A stretch of 64,000 bases of DNA. It comes from Camelus dromedarius. Taxonomy: Eukaryota. Both the position numbers and the translations under genes were made by a program. Every line of letters starts with the position of its first letter. The first letter of the stretch is position 1. The DNA is taken from positions 1,860,001-1,924,000 of the forward strand of contig NC_087437.1 in assembly GCF_036321535.1 (NCBI RefSeq), written 5' to 3'. Positions 1 through 14,320 of this stretch are shown piece by piece. The notes beneath the pieces are model-generated. The model saw only the letters and a program-made list of their open reading frames with translations. It was not told where the DNA came from and did not search any database.

Positions 1-2340
1 AATGTTAGGACTAGTGAGTGAATTTAACAGTATCACACTGTATAAAGTTAACACCCCAAAATTCAGTTTACTTTTAAAGACTAACAAACACTTGAAGTAT
101 AAAATTTTAAAATATTTATATCCTCAAAAAATTAAACACAGGATTACCATATGATTCAGTAATTCCACCTCTCATATGTAAACAAAAGGATTGGAAATAC
201 AGACTTGAACAGGTATCTGTACACCAATCATCATGGCAGCATTATTCATAATAAAAGATGAAAATAATGTCCATCTATACATGACTGGATAAGCAAAATG
301 TGGTATTATATATAGTAGAGTGTTATTATACATTATACAGTCTGAGAAAGGAATGAAATTATGACATGTGCTACAACATGGACAGGTGTTAAAGGCACTG
401 TGCTAAGTGAAATAAAGCAGAAGGACAAATATTGTATGATTCCATGTATATGAGGTGCCTAAAACAGTCAAATCATACAGACAGAAAGTACAATGGTAGT
501 TTCCAGGGCTAAGCAAGGGAATGGAGAGCTATTATTTAATGGATACAGAGTTTCAATGTAGGATGATAAAAAAGTTCTGGAGTTGGAGAGCAGTGATGGT
601 TGCACAACAATGTGGATGTACTTAATGCCACTGAACTATACATTCAAAAACGGTTAGAATGGTATATTTTGTATTATATATAGTATCACAATAAAAAATA
701 TCATTTATAAAATCATCAAATGCCTAGGAATAAAATTAATAAAAGATGTGCAAATCCTCCACCCTAAAAACTACAAACATGGCTGAGAGAATTTTCCAAA
801 GACATGCATAAATGGAGAGAATTACTACATTTATGATTAGAAAGACTCTATTATTAAGATGTCAAGTCTGCCCAAGTTGATCTATAGATTCAATGCCATC
901 TCCCTCAAAACCCCTTGATTTTTGCCTTTGAGTTTGCATTTTCCATGGAGCTGCTTTTTCAATAAACAGGCTGATCATAAAATTTACACAAAAAGCAAAA
1001 GATCTAAAAAGCCAAAACAATGTTGAAGGAGGAGGAAGAGGAGGATGAAAAGGAGTAAGATGAAAAAGGAGAAGAATTTACACTACCATGTTTTGAAACA
1101 TACTCTAAAGCTATAGTAATTAAGAGCAAGTAGTACTGGCATAAGAATAGACAAGAAGGCCAATGGGGACAGAATAGAAAGTCCAAAAATACACCCAGAC
1201 AATATGACCATCTGATTTTCAACAAAGACACCAATGAAATTCAGCAGGGGAAAGAAAACTCTTTTCCATATAGTAAGGGAGCAACTGAGTACCTTTATTA
1301 CTCCACACTGTACACACTCCCCCCAAAACTAATTCTCAATGGACATGGATCTAATACTTAAATGTGATGGCTAAAACAATAAAGCTTTTTGGAGGAAACC
1401 CTAGAATGATGTATTTGGGAACTGTGGCAAAGATTTCTTAGCTAAGATGCAAAAAGCACTAATTATAAAGTGGAAAAAATATAATAATAGACTTCATCAA
1501 AAGGCAAAACTTTTATTCATCAGAAACACCATTAAGAGAGTGAAAAGGCAATCTATCGACTAGTAGAAAACAATCATAGTACACATATTTAACAAAGGAT
1601 CTGTATTAAAAATACATAAAGAATTACTACAAATCAACAGTAAAAAGATAATCATAAAAATAGAAGAATGAAAAATACTCAACATCATTAGTTATCAAGG
1701 GAAATAAATTAAACCACAGTGAGATATTAAGAGATCCTCCCAAAAGGGCAAAATCTAAAAGACTGGTGATGCCAAGTGTTGGTGAGGACACAGGCAAATG
1801 GGAACTTTGGTACACTGCTTGTAAAATGGCATCCCGTGTTTGGAAAACTGGTTAGCAATCGCTAACAAAACTGAACTTACCCTTAAATTAAGCAGTGTCA
1901 CTCATATGACAAAGAGAAGTTAGTCTATATGTCCACAAAAAAAAGTGTACAGAAATGTTCATAGCAGCTTTATTTGCAAACAAAAAATGGTAAGTGCACC
2001 AATGACCATCAACAGCAGAATGAATATGATACAAAGGAACAAGCTATTACTGCACACGGAAGAACCTCAAACACATTATGCTAAATGAAAGAAGCCAGCA
2101 TCAAAGGTTGCATATGTATGATTTGTATGACATTCTGGGAAAGGTAGAACACTAGGGATGGAGAACAGATCACTGGTTGCCAGGATCCGTTGTGGGGAGG
2201 AGCATTTGGATTCTAACGGGAGATTTGGGGGCTGCATCCTGACCATGGTGGTGGTTACAGGAATCTATTATGTGTTAAAACTCATAGAAATGTACACGTA
2301 GAAAAACAATGAATTCAACTGTATGTAAATTTAAGACTAT
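1..2340 (+). mobile_element. Ancient LINE-1 (ORF2 remnant through 3' UTR, L1MC/MD-like), interrupted by a younger L1 3' end at ~121-700
   Basis: Decayed ORF2 hallmarks: 'gttgatctatagattcaatgccatc', 'catactctaaagctatagtaattaag', 'ctgattttcaacaaagacaccaatg'. The 3' region has 'cattatgctaaatgaaagaagccag'. No open frame. Confidence 0.85.
121..700 (+). mobile_element. L1MB-type LINE-1 3' end nested in older L1
   Basis: 'aaggacaaatattgtatgattcca...ggttgcacaacaatgtggatgtacttaatgccactgaactatac' matches the L1MB 3' UTR. A-rich tail near 690. The host ORF2 sequence resumes at ~701. Confidence 0.85.
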
Positions 2341-5300
2341 TTACATCTAGTGAAAGGAACCAGACACATTTCTATGCAAGAAAGCATAGTGTACAAGCCC
2401 TTTTACCTAATGCTGAAAAACAGACCAAACCTACCTATGGGGAAAGACCTCAAAAGAGTGGTTAAATTAGGGTCATGATACGAGTAAGAAAGGGAACTTT
2501 CCGTGGTGAAGGAAAGGTTCTAAATTTTTACCTGTGTGGCACTCACGTGGCTATTGATGTCATTGAGCTTTATACTTAGATTTGTTCACTTTACCCCAGG
2601 AAAGTGTTGCAAAAAATTTTTCATCTTGACAGGCATGTGATTATGAAGAGAATGCTCAAAACTTCTTATTTTCCCACAACTGAATTTCAATTGATACACT
2701 TAAGTCCTTAAGTTTTTTGAGCATTAAGCCTTCTTTCTGGCAGGAAATTAGGTACCTAAAGGAGCTTCTTAATTCTGTCAAATATTAAGTCAGAAGCCAA
2801 AGCCACCGGCTCCAGATCTCTAACTTCTTCACTTATTACTAAAAACAGCCTCAGGGGCCAGGGAGCCTGGACTTTCCCTGCACTTTTATGAGACTTTCCT
2901 CCATCTTAGCTGAATTAACTCAAAATCTATATGTGACTCAGTCAAACTGTTACGAATCCAATAAGAAGACGTTTGCATTCTGGGTTAGAGGCACAAGAAA
3001 AATGCTATAATAGTTTAAAAAAAAACTCACATCTCCCATAAAAGGTTTATTAATTCCTTTTTGAGTTTTACCAAACAAAAGATGTTTAAATCTCGACTTA
3101 AAAGGACATCAAAGCAACACTTCATTGTCAGTATGCAAAATCTAGAAAATAATGCAGCAAGAAAGCACTAGCTTTCGGATTAGCTATTATATAGGTTACT
3201 TTCTTTCACCCTCTCAATTCATAGCCCCCATGGGAGTTTATTAATGTAAGGCTAGGTTCACGTTAATTAAGCTTAACTGCCCTTGACCGCTTAAACAGCT
3301 AATCCATAAAAAACGCAGCTGCTTTTGGACAGATAGATTTATCTATCCGAAATCTATGTATTCATAGGTAGGTATATCTATGTACTTGTGTATATAGAGA
3401 TATGTAATTACTGAAAAATTTTTTCTTTATTTTAACATTTCCATTGCTTCAGCCAGACTGCATTAGCATCGTGCACCATTCATGGATAAATGGTAAAGCA
3501 CTGCCATTCACGTGTGCTGTCCTTCCCATGTGGAAGAAAACTGAAATAAAGCTGCAGCATCAACCCTGTGAGTTTGAACCTCCCATTGAGCAGTGGGTAT
3601 TTTTCACACATCTGAAGCCAAGTCCCTGGACTCCCAAGCCTTAAACTGCTAAGCAAAGTCAAGTGGAGTGTCCGTGCCAATGATGAGAGAGCCTAACACA
3701 AAGAAGTATCAGCTGTTCATCACTGTTTCATGTCCACCTGGGCCTCCTGTTTGGCTTTATCATTTTTCCTGCAGCCACCTCAAGCCAACCACTCAGATCG
3801 AATCACTGTGGCAACTCGTGAATACCTTCTGCTCTATAAGATGACTACTTCTCCCCAGGTGCTTTCTTTACCAGGCTGTTTAACAAACAGCAGGGCAACT
3901 GGGAATGAGCCTGGGAAGACCTGGCTGGGACGAGGGGCCTGCGGCGACCCCTTCGCACACCCACCCACGGTGGCATTGCACACTGCGGCCCCCAGGCACC
4001 TCACCTGAGGCCGTGGATGGGATGCTGAGGCCCTGGCAGTGCTCTGTGTGGCAACAATTCACTGTAAAGAGGCAGCACTGCGTTGATCCCCGAGGAAAGT
4101 AAGTGCTAAACGTTTGAGTCACAGTGAGGACAGGACCACTTTGTTGAATAACCTTAGACTACTTGTCTGGGCTTCGACTCCCACAGTCCTGTGAAGATGT
4201 CCCAAAGATGCAAAGATAAGTCACCTTCAGGACATGTTCCCTTGTATGTGGGAGACAGTGAAAGTCTCCCTCATTTTCATTCATGACAGCAGCCCTTTCA
4301 GGTCTTTAAACAAGGGAATGAGAGATTTTTTTTTAAGCCCAGTAGGAAAGGAAAGAGGAGAAGGAATTCTGATATAGTGCACATGACCTGGAACAGCAAG
4401 AGCGAAGCTGGGCAGATCATGGTCCCTGGGGAGGCCATGGGCAGTACCCCCATGCCCCCCCAGTGGGAGAAGAGGGGACTGAGAGCTTCCATGGGCCCAT
4501 AACCCCCTCACTTCACTACATGGAGTTAGTAGTTGGGAGATGTTGCCCTTCTGTGGTCCCTAACTGGACACTGATGCTGTCACAGACACCATGGGGATCA
4601 TCACAAAGTCCTGGGCAAGGAAATACTTAGGTCCCAGATCAGTGCCCATTTCACTTCCATCTTCCACAGAACACAAAGCATTGAAGAAACCAAGGTGCTT
4701 CCACAGTATGTGTCTTCACTGATCAGATTTTCCTTTTCCTCTAAAACAGTTAATCCCAAGCATCCCCACTCCCTCCTCTTTCTCCTGTAATGGGACATGC
4801 CCGTGCTTGACAGAGAAAAACACAGGATGTGGGCCATGCCATAAGAATCTCCACATCTCCTGCAGAAACACATCGACAGACTGTCCTGAGTTGGTGATGG
4901 GGATGCTGAATCTGGAAGCTAAAGGGGATACCCTAGTCCAGGGCCTGTCCAGACTCAGCAGAAGTCACCTCGCTTACATGACAGGGACAGACACACTAGT
5001 GCACACCCCTCGAGGGGCCAGGCCATCTATCCCTGGTGTATGCTCAGCCATGAGGACAGGCTACTGGGCAGTTTTGGTTTGAAACCTAACGTGTCCTCCC
5101 CAGGCCTTGGGACCTTGGTGCTGGCCCCTTACCAGTCACCTCCCTGAGGAAGCAGAAAAAAGGTATCTGGGTGCAGAGTCTAGAGGAGCACACACCAGGG
5201 TCAAAATAATTTCCTCAAAATGTACAGGGGACCAGCTGGTCTCAATTAAAAATATATCTGGAAGCCAGAGATCTTGATCTCAAACAGATATAGGAGTACA

Positions 5301-5794
5301 AAAAGAGCTTTTAGCACATATAGTATATACTAACGAATAAATGCTTTTGTTAATACAAGTAACTGTTAAGGATATATACATATATAAAATATATACTGTG
5401 TACATGTATATATACGAAAAAACTTTATATGTAATAAAAATACATCATGTATCATGCAAATACATTGAAGCATGTATTACGTATTTACTTTCATTTTGTG
5501 TCAATCATAAATTTCTAGGCTTAGCTTACCTGAAAAATGAGAAAAAAAGTCATAAAACTCTAAAAAACAGTTACTAAAAGTAACTCAAACCTTGTGTTTA
5601 TCCAATATAACCACAAAAAAAAAAAATACAAATTTGCATTACACACTCATTTCCTCAAAAGAGCTTTAAAACCATCACAATAAAATGACAGGCAATCAAA
5701 ATTCCTGTTGGTCTGCCTGGGCAGCATGGCAAAATCATGCAGGAGGATCTGTTGTAATATCATCTAACAAAATCAGGAAAAAGAGAAATAGAGC

Positions 5795-6106
5795 AGTCAA
5801 ACAATAAATGCTGGAGGGGGTGTAGAGAAAAGGGAGCCCTCCTACACTGCTGGTGGGAACATAGTTTGGTGCATCCACTATGGAAGACAGTATGGCAATT
5901 CCTTTAAAAACTAAAAATAGACTCACCACATGATCCAGCAATCCCACTCCTGGGCACATATCTGAAGAAAACTCTAATTTGAAAAGATACAAGCACCCCA
6001 GTGTTCACAGCAGCACTATTTACAACAGCCAAGACATGGAAGCAACCTAAATGTCCACTGACAGATGAATGAATAAAGACAATGTAGTTATATGTATACA
6101 CACACA

Positions 6107-6156
<50 letters not shown>

Positions 6157-6600
6157 GGAATACTACTCAGCCATAAAAAAGAATGAAATAATGCCACTGG
6201 CAGCAACATGTTTGAACCTAGAGATGATCATACTAAGCAAAGTAAGTCAGACAGAGAAAGACAAATATATCACTTATATGTGGACTCTAAATAAATGATA
6301 CAAATGAACTTGTTTACAAAACAGAAACAGACTCACAGACATAGAAAACAAACTTATGGTTACCAAAGGGGAAAGGGAAGGGAAGGGAGAAACTAGGAGT
6401 TTGGGATTAGCAGGTACAAACTACTATATATAAAAGAGACAAACAACAAGGTCCTACTGTATAGCACAGGAAACTATATTCAATATCTTGTAATAACCTA
6501 TAATGAAAAAATTTGTATGTATAACTGAATCACTATGCTGCACACTAGAAACTAACACAACATTGTAAATCAACTGTACTTCAATTTAAAACAAAAAAAT
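5795..6600 (+). mobile_element. 5'-truncated cetartiodactyl-type LINE-1 3' end
   Basis: ORF2 C-terminal remnant MEYYSAIKKNEIMPLAAT..LEMIILSKVSQTEKDKY. 3' UTR 'gactcacagacatagaaaacaaacttatggttaccaaagggg...cattgtaaatcaactgtacttcaat' followed by an A-rich tail. Confidence 0.93.
6097..6154. repeat. (CA)n microsatellite within L1
   Basis: Directly visible, near-perfect CA run. Confidence 0.97.
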
Positions 6601-8784
6601 TTTTTAAAGCATTGGAACAGCAATTTGTAAAGATCCTATTCTTTCCACAGGTTTTCTTTCAAATTCTTCTGAATTCTCTTCAAGCTTGTACATCTGGACT
6701 AGCCTTTGCTAAACAGTAAATAAGCACTGCTTTGTAACAGTGGTGGGATATTCATAAGAAATAGGGATATTTTGGATCCATTTTTCCCTGTCCATACAAT
6801 GTAGATTAGTTTCCAAGACAACACTAGCTGCTCAGTCACAGCATCACCCCCCACCTCAACTTCTATGACTCACAGTAAGCCATTGTCCAATTTGTAAATA
6901 GATGACCATTTTAAAGAAAAGGGGAATGATTCTGCTGTTTATTAAGTCTTAATATTTATATTTCTGGAGAAACGGGTATCTTCTATATTTTGTAGTTTAG
7001 CAACACAGGGCAGTTGGGGTTTCTGAGCCCTGGAAGTCATTCCTGGTGTCTTGGCATTGTTGATTTGATAGAGCTGGCTTCTTGGGGGCCATTCCAACCC
7101 AGGTGACCTCCCAGCCCCCAGTGTCCTCAAGTACACGCAGACTTAGAAATATTCATCACAGGGAGAACGTTCTTGAGGCTGCGTGGCAACTAAGGCTTCA
7201 TTTGTTAAAGGTTAATCCAAGGCTGCAGCAAAAATACTCAATAAGGGGGTTATTAAATTTCTCATGAAATGTAACCAGGGAGCTTTGTTGTCTGGATGTC
7301 AGGTTAAAGCCACGACTGAGAAAAATGCTTCTGAAGACAAAAAAGCACAGTGTTACAGCTATCCTCATATATCAACCTTGTCACTTGCACTTGAGAGTTC
7401 TTTAATCTTCATGACAAATATCAAGTGTTGAGTGTGCACTTTACAGCTTGCACAGAGCTATAAGCTGGGGGAGCACATCCAGTGTTTCAGAAATGCCCTT
7501 GACCACAAAATCATTGACTGGCTGCTGAGGTTTGACAGTGGATGACAGGCCATTATCCCTAAGTCAGACAAGACTCCCACTAGGGTCCCTTCCCCGCTAG
7601 TCCTGGGTCTTGCATCAGGAAGACACTGCACACTCAAACACTTCAGAATAAACTCACAGGAATCTCAGGCAATCAAGGACCTCACAGCTCATCTGCCTGG
7701 ACCACTCATTTTTATAAATAAGGACTTTGACACCCAGAAGAGGGAGATGAATTCTCTAAGTAAGGCTGAGTTCAAATTGGAAACCAGGTTTTCGAATGTT
7801 GTCCTGCAGGGACAAGGAGGCATGTAGGCAGCAGGGGACGGGATGCAGCCTTGGGGCGGTGATGGCCTCCGGCACATCCCACACATGGTGGCCTAGAGCA
7901 CAAACACATCAGAGCAGAGTATTGGTTGGTCATGCTTCTGAGGCTGAACACACTGAGCAGGTAACATAAAGATCGGTCCCAAGGGGGACCACCAAGAAGA
8001 GGCGGCTGCGGCAGGGGTGGGCAACTGACTCTGATCTTTAGGAACAAGCCCAGTGCAGCGATGCCAAGAGAAGCCACAAATCCAGATTGTTTAATGTAAA
8101 ATCTCCCAATTTCTTAAACTGGCACCCTATTCAAGATATTTTTTAGAAACCATGTCTGCAGATATGATCCAGCCCTCAAGCCTCCAGTTTTCAACTTCTA
8201 TCCTAAAGCAGTTAATAATGGATCTTTCTTTTGTTTTTTCAGGCAACCATTCATTCACTGCTGGGTTGCTCTATCCATTCAGTGACTCAGTGAGTGTCAA
8301 CTGTATTCAGCTTGATAAGGTGAGTACAACACAAAGATTCAGATATTGGGAATATCAGGAAAACCAGAAGAATGAGCTCACCACATTGCTTATTTTGATA
8401 AAGAGGTGATCAACCTTTTGGAAGGATTTACCCTGCAAGGAGAGAGTGCTGAGGAATAAAGCTGTACCACAGCAGGAGAGTGGGAAGTTTGAGGACAGCA
8501 CTGTTAGACTGTCCTGGCTGGAGTCCAGGGAAAATATTAAAAGGGTAAACAAAGGCAGTCACAGTGGGAATGGAAAGGAGAGGAGATTCAAGAAATTGTT
8601 AAGACCTGGCTTCAATATGTGATGCTTCAGAGGGTGACACTGCCTTAACCACTAGCCTTCACATGGCCGGCCTCTATCCTGAGGGCTGAGGCCAGAGTGA
8701 ACCTTCTCCAGGGACCACACCCACTATGTCAGACACATTCATCCAGCAAACACTTCCTGAGCCCTTGATATATGCAAGACCCTC

Positions 8785-8950
8785 ATCTTAGTTCGGGCTG
8801 CTACAACAAAGTACCACACGCTAGGTGAATTAAACAACAAACACTTCTTTCTCACAGTTCTGGAAGTTGGCATGTCCAAGATCAAAGTGCCAGTAGACTC
8901 AGTGTCTGGTGAGGGCCCTTTTTCTGGTTCATAGATGGCTGTCTTCTCAG
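8785..8950 (-). mobile_element. MaLR LTR fragment (MLT1A/C-like), followed by a (GGAA)n tract
   Basis: 'ctcacagttctggaagttggcatgtccaagatcaaagtgccagtagactcagtgtctggtgaggg' is the characteristic MLT1 antisense 3' part. Confidence 0.8.
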
Positions 8951-10022
8951 TAGAAGGAAAGGAAGGAAAGGAAGAAAATGAAGGAAGGGAGGGAGGGAGA
9001 AAGGAAGGAAGGACTCTATAGGGCTCACCTCAACTCCCCAGTAGGACATGGAAACCTTCCATACACCCTCTCCCTTGGGCTTACTGGGGTCCCAGAGGCA
9101 TATATATCAGGGATAGTGTCCTCACGGAGCAGCTGGACAGTGATGGCAGCCAGGTGAACAGTTATCAAGCACACCTGGGGAAGGTGGGACTATGTCCCTT
9201 CACATGAAGGATATGGAGACCAGACAGCCAACTTGTGAGGGTGATAAGGGCTGGTGGGTTCTCCTGACAGACACCCTGAGCAAGACAGATACTTGTGAAA
9301 ATATTTTTTTCTAACTCATCAAAAAAAAAATAATGATAAACAATTGCATTACCCCTTTTAATGGAATCTAAAAGTGAAAAAAGTAAAGTGAAAATAAAAC
9401 TCACAAATCCAATGTTCATACCCTGCTCCACAAAGGATCTGAAGATGAAGATGAGAACACCTCATTTTTCTTTAACAATCCTCTGACCCCCGGGTGTGCA
9501 TTTATTACTTTATTTTTCAATTTATTAAGCACCCACTATGTACAAGTCACAGTGCTTGATGCCAGAAATGCCAATATGAAAAGACACAGTCTCTCCTCAC
9601 CAGGGGTCTGTGTGCATACATAAATTGAAAATTTTTAGGTTTGCTGATGGGGAGCACGGTGCACACAGGGAAAAAGTATCTATGTCTGCCTAAGAATTCA
9701 GGAAGATTCTCTACACAAAGATTCCTTCTCCATCCCATTATTTTTGAGCAGAAATTGCTTTCTTTAGCTTAGGTTCAAGCTATGTGGCTATCACATGTCC
9801 CCCTTGGTAATCTAAATTTGGCCACTATTAAAAATGAGCTGCCTTGAGTGCACAGAAATAGTCCATGTCCACCTCTTTTCTCTACTTCTTCTCCATCTCC
9901 ACCCCATGCCCTTTAGTGAAACAAGTGTGAGTCCATCCTACACACAAAGGAAACTAAAACCAGGTATCAAGTGTATTTCCCAGTTATCTCATTGCTTTGA
10001 TTCATTCAAACTTTAATTCCAA

Positions 10023-10133
10023 GTAAGTGACCAACCACTTTGATTTTCTCAAGACTGAGGGGTTTCCCAAGATTTAAGATACTCAGTTTTAAAACTGAGA
10101 CAGTCCTAGACAAAGGAAGACCTTGATCACCCC
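10023..10133. mobile_element. MER81-like hAT-Blackjack MITE
   Basis: 'gtgaccaacc...gactgaggggtttccc...aaaactgagacagtcc...tgatcaccc' with decayed GGGTGACC/GGTCACCC terminal inverted repeats. Confidence 0.7.
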
Positions 10134-12789
10134 AAGTCAGTTGGGCAGGTGTGGGTTCTGGCCATCTTGAGGCTCAGGCCAGCTTTTTGTAAGGAAGCTC
10201 CCCTGAACTCATGATTACAACAGTCATCATCTCAAATCACTGCTTTATCAAGTCAGGTTCTTGGCAACAAGAGGACAAAATAGAGATCTTGTCTGAATTT
10301 CCTTGACCCCCTTGTACCATTTTTAATTATAGCCAAAGTGAAAAATAAATAAATCAATAAAACCCCTCCAAGCCAGGTTCCAACTTAATTCTAAACCTAA
10401 CCAGACCTGACTAAATCTCTCAAAGGATAATAATTAAAATAGAGGAATGGACATATCCTTAGACCGGGGGTTGAAGGCAAGGAGAGCAAACATTCCCAGT
10501 TACTGCCTGGACAACCTCCACCAAAAGGGCCTTTGGGATATAATACAGCAGGTATCTTAAGACCAGACCAGGGGCCACCTCCTTTATGCAAAGTCCCTTG
10601 GGATTGTCTATTGTTTTAAATTAAATGTGAAATTATGCCCATGGATCCTACTGCCTTGATGTCTTAAAAGCCAACCATTAGAAAATACTGATTGCCTGGG
10701 TGGGAGTGAAAGGTCCTTTGACCAGAAGAAAAATAGCTCAATGCTGGGTGTGGGGTGTGACTCTTGCTTCCAGCCACTGGCAGCCCTTGTCTAGAACAGG
10801 TCTGTATCATCCAGCGAGCTGTCCCAAGAGGGAAGTCACATTTCCTCAGATTTCTTGAGGTTACTAAGGAGGTCCAAGTATAGAGCTCTCAGCAAATCTT
10901 CAGGACAGTCTCTGTCACTTCACATTCTCTGACTCTGAAACTCCTATGGAGAAAGACATTGTTGTGTGAGCAAAGGGGAGGGGAGAAAACTGAAGCCTGC
11001 TCACAAACCAGTTTATCTCATTACAGCGTCATTTCCCTTCTTGCTTCCCACAGCTAGGTGGTTACTGGAGACTGCAAGTCAGGGCAACTGGAGACACGAA
11101 AGCTTGCCATGAGGAGCATGGAAAGCTCTAAACTTCAGAAGGGCACTAAAGGGGGGTCATTTCAGCACAGAAGTAAAACAGGAGGAGGAGACCCAAGTCT
11201 TAGTGAGTCTATGTGAGTCTATGCCCGGACAGAAAGAGGAGCTGAGGTGAAAAGAGATCAGAGGTTGAAAGCAGACCCCACCTGCAACACACACAGACAC
11301 ACACACACCTGCATTCTGAATGCTCCACTCAGAAACATCTAAATACCCATTACAGAAAAATATATTTGCATTGTTGAATAAGGGGAAAAGGTCACAGCTT
11401 AGTGGTCTTTCCAAGCCTTCTGCTCCCTGCAAAATGATAGCCACCCATAAGGCATGCGGTACAAACACGCTCCCTGCCAGGCAGCCCACCATGAGGGGAG
11501 GGGCATTTGCAGAGAGAGGCCCCTGCCTGGTGCAGGGACTAATTAGGTAACATGGTGCTTGATGCTTCTGTGGTGTGGGTTGGCTTGTGTATGGATTTTC
11601 CACCTGATCTTTAATTTTTTTCTCTTCACATTCTCCACCCTGCACTAAAATTACTCTCCAGAATAGTATTTATCTTTCCTATTGCTGCTTCACAGCCTGT
11701 CCCCATAGAGGATTTTCAGGAAGGACTAGCTAGTACCTGTAAAAATATCCACTGACTTTTACAAGTGGAACATGACAAGAAAATCCTATTTTCTGTCCTC
11801 CTCCTTGTCCTTACTGGCTACCTGCTCAACTCGTAAACTGAGGAAAAGGATTTCATCCTTTTTCTCACTTTTTCTTTCTTCTACTTTTTTTTTTTCCTGT
11901 TTGGGGAAAATTTATTTCAAGAAGTTTTACTTTCAGGAACTGTAGCTGATTTCCAGAAACAGATGAGAAAACTCATTGCAAGACATCCCTGCCTGTCTTG
12001 TGTTAAGATATCACTATGTGTGTGTACATGTGTGCGTCAAAGAACTATTTCCCACCAAGTTTTTCTTAACTTTTATTATAATTAAAAAAATAAAAAATTC
12101 ATAATGGAGTATTTGGAAATATTAAAATAGAAAAAAATTTTTCACCAAGCTAAAAGCCAGAAGCCACCAAATATTAATATTTCTACATATTTTTCCATTA
12201 TCCTACTTCCTGAGTTATTGTTTTCATATACTGTTTTAGATTTCTGTAGAGGTTCATCAACTCACTTCAAATATTTCTTTCCCTGAAAACCTTTTCTAAG
12301 CTTCTTCTAGCCCCAGGGTTGCCTTCTCCTCATGATCACACCTATCATATCAAACAATATTCTATGTGTACACATTTGTGTCATTCACTAGACTAAGAGC
12401 ATTCTGTCTGGCTCATGTTGGTTACTCCAGGATCTAGCACACAGCAATAATTTTAGCAATCAAAGCAAATATTTGTTCACACAGTATCTGTGTCGCTGGC
12501 AGCTCCCGGAGACTGAGTATACACCAGTGAATCAAGGAAGTGGACGTGAGGGGAGCCAGCCATGGGCTGGGTGTGATGCAAAAGGGTGAGGACTGGGCAA
12601 GAGGAGGTTTTGAAGAATGGCCAGAGCAGACCATGCAGGGCTGTGTGAGCTGTATGATGGGGAACCACTGAAGGTTTCAGGCAGGCATCACAGTTTCCCT
12701 GGATGCTCTGTAGGCATAGATCAGAGCTGCTTTCCCCAAGTGGAAGTAGGGGACCACTCCCAGAGCTGAGTGTAGCCTCGACTATGGGG

Positions 12790-14320
12790 AGAGAAGAAGG
12801 GCTGGGGCTAAGTGGCCAGGCTCAAGATAAGCTTTGGAGGTGGGCTAAATGGGAACATCTGACAAACTGACTCAGGGTAGGAAAAAAGAAGAGATGAGTA
12901 GGTTGTCCAGGTTTCTGGATGAAGCAACTGGGCAGGTGAAGATGTGATTTACTGAGATGGGGAAGACAGGAAGCCACAGACTGAAGTGGCAAGAATGAAG
13001 AGTTCATTCCAGGACACATTAAATTTGAGATGCTTGTGAAACAGTGACACGGGAATTTGGAGTAGGCAGCTGAATGCAAGAGTCTGCAGTGCAGAAAAGT
13101 GGTCCAGGCTGAGGCTGTAAATTCAGGAACCACCAGCAAATAAATGTTATTTAAAGCTGTGGGTCAAGCTGAGACCACCCACCGAGAGTGGCAGGAAAGA
13201 CAAGGGCACAGGAACAGGGCAGAGAGGGCTTGGTAGATGGCGAGGAGTCAGGAGGCAGCCCTGGCAAGGTGGTGAGAGTTGCAGAGGGAGGAGCCCGATG
13301 AGGACAGAAACTCAGCCCTGGGTGTGCAAAGAGAAGGTCACTGCCTCCCTCGGGCAGGGCTACTGCAGTCAAACAGCAGATGGGGATGCCTGACTGGTGT
13401 GCAGAAGAGCTGAGGCAGGAAGACACCTCCTGAAGAATGAAACAGATATGGAAGGGCAGCTGGAGATCCTTGAAAGGCCCAAGGAGAGCATGAAGAATGT
13501 TTGCCGGCTGATGGGAGTCATCCAGAAGAAAGGGAGGGCTTGACAAGGTTGAAGATAGAGGGGAGGTTCAAGGCAGCGGTCCTTGAGAAGGTGCGGGGGA
13601 GTGTCCAGAGCATAAGCAGAGGGGTTCACCTTGAATGGGGAAGGGACAGTTTGAGAACTGCACCTGGAGGAAAGGAAGAGGAGAAAGGAATGCTGGATGA
13701 GAGGTCTGGTAGGAAGTAGAGAGCATTCCCATTTCTCAGAGAAGTGAGAAGCAAGCCTGTCAGCTGAGTGTGAAGGGGGAACATTGGGCACGCATGTTCC
13801 AGGAGCACAAGGAGCAGCCTAACCCAGCTGTGGGGAGGCACAAAGTCTGAACTCAGCAGGGGAAGAAGAGTGAAACCTGGCTGTGAAGAGCAGAGCAGGA
13901 AAGAAGCCAGCCAGGCATGGGAGGGCTGGGTGCTGAGAGTGTGCTGGCTGGCCTGAGTATGGATGGGGAAGTAGTGAGCAGCAGGGCTGGAGAGGTAAGC
14001 TGGGGCTCTGTATGCTCTGTAAAGAATTCTGACTTTATCCCGAAGGTGACAGGGAGATTCTGGAGCAGGTTAACAGGGAAGTGACATAATCAGACTAGAG
14101 TCCTAGAGAAGATTCTGGGTGGGCATGGATAGCAGCTTTGCTCGGGGTTGGGGGCCTAATGAGGCAGTGGAAAAAGATCAGAGTGGAAGAGACAAGGCCA
14201 GAGGTGACATGATGATCAAGATGGGGGGTGATGCAGGCCTGGCATGAGCAGTGGTGGTGATGGACAGAAGTGGACAGATTTAAGAAATACTTAAAAGGAG
14301 AGGCCAACAGACTTGGAGTC
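12790..14320 (-). mobile_element. LINE-2 fragments (antisense)
   Basis: 'gatttactgagatggggaagacagg...ggacacattaaatttgagatgcttg' and 'gtgatggacagaagtggacagatttaagaaatac' are typical antisense L2 sequences. Confidence 0.75.

Noticed and set aside
5735..6298. ORFs with HTHT/CVCV repeats
   Set aside because: These are an L1 3' end and a (CA)n microsatellite.
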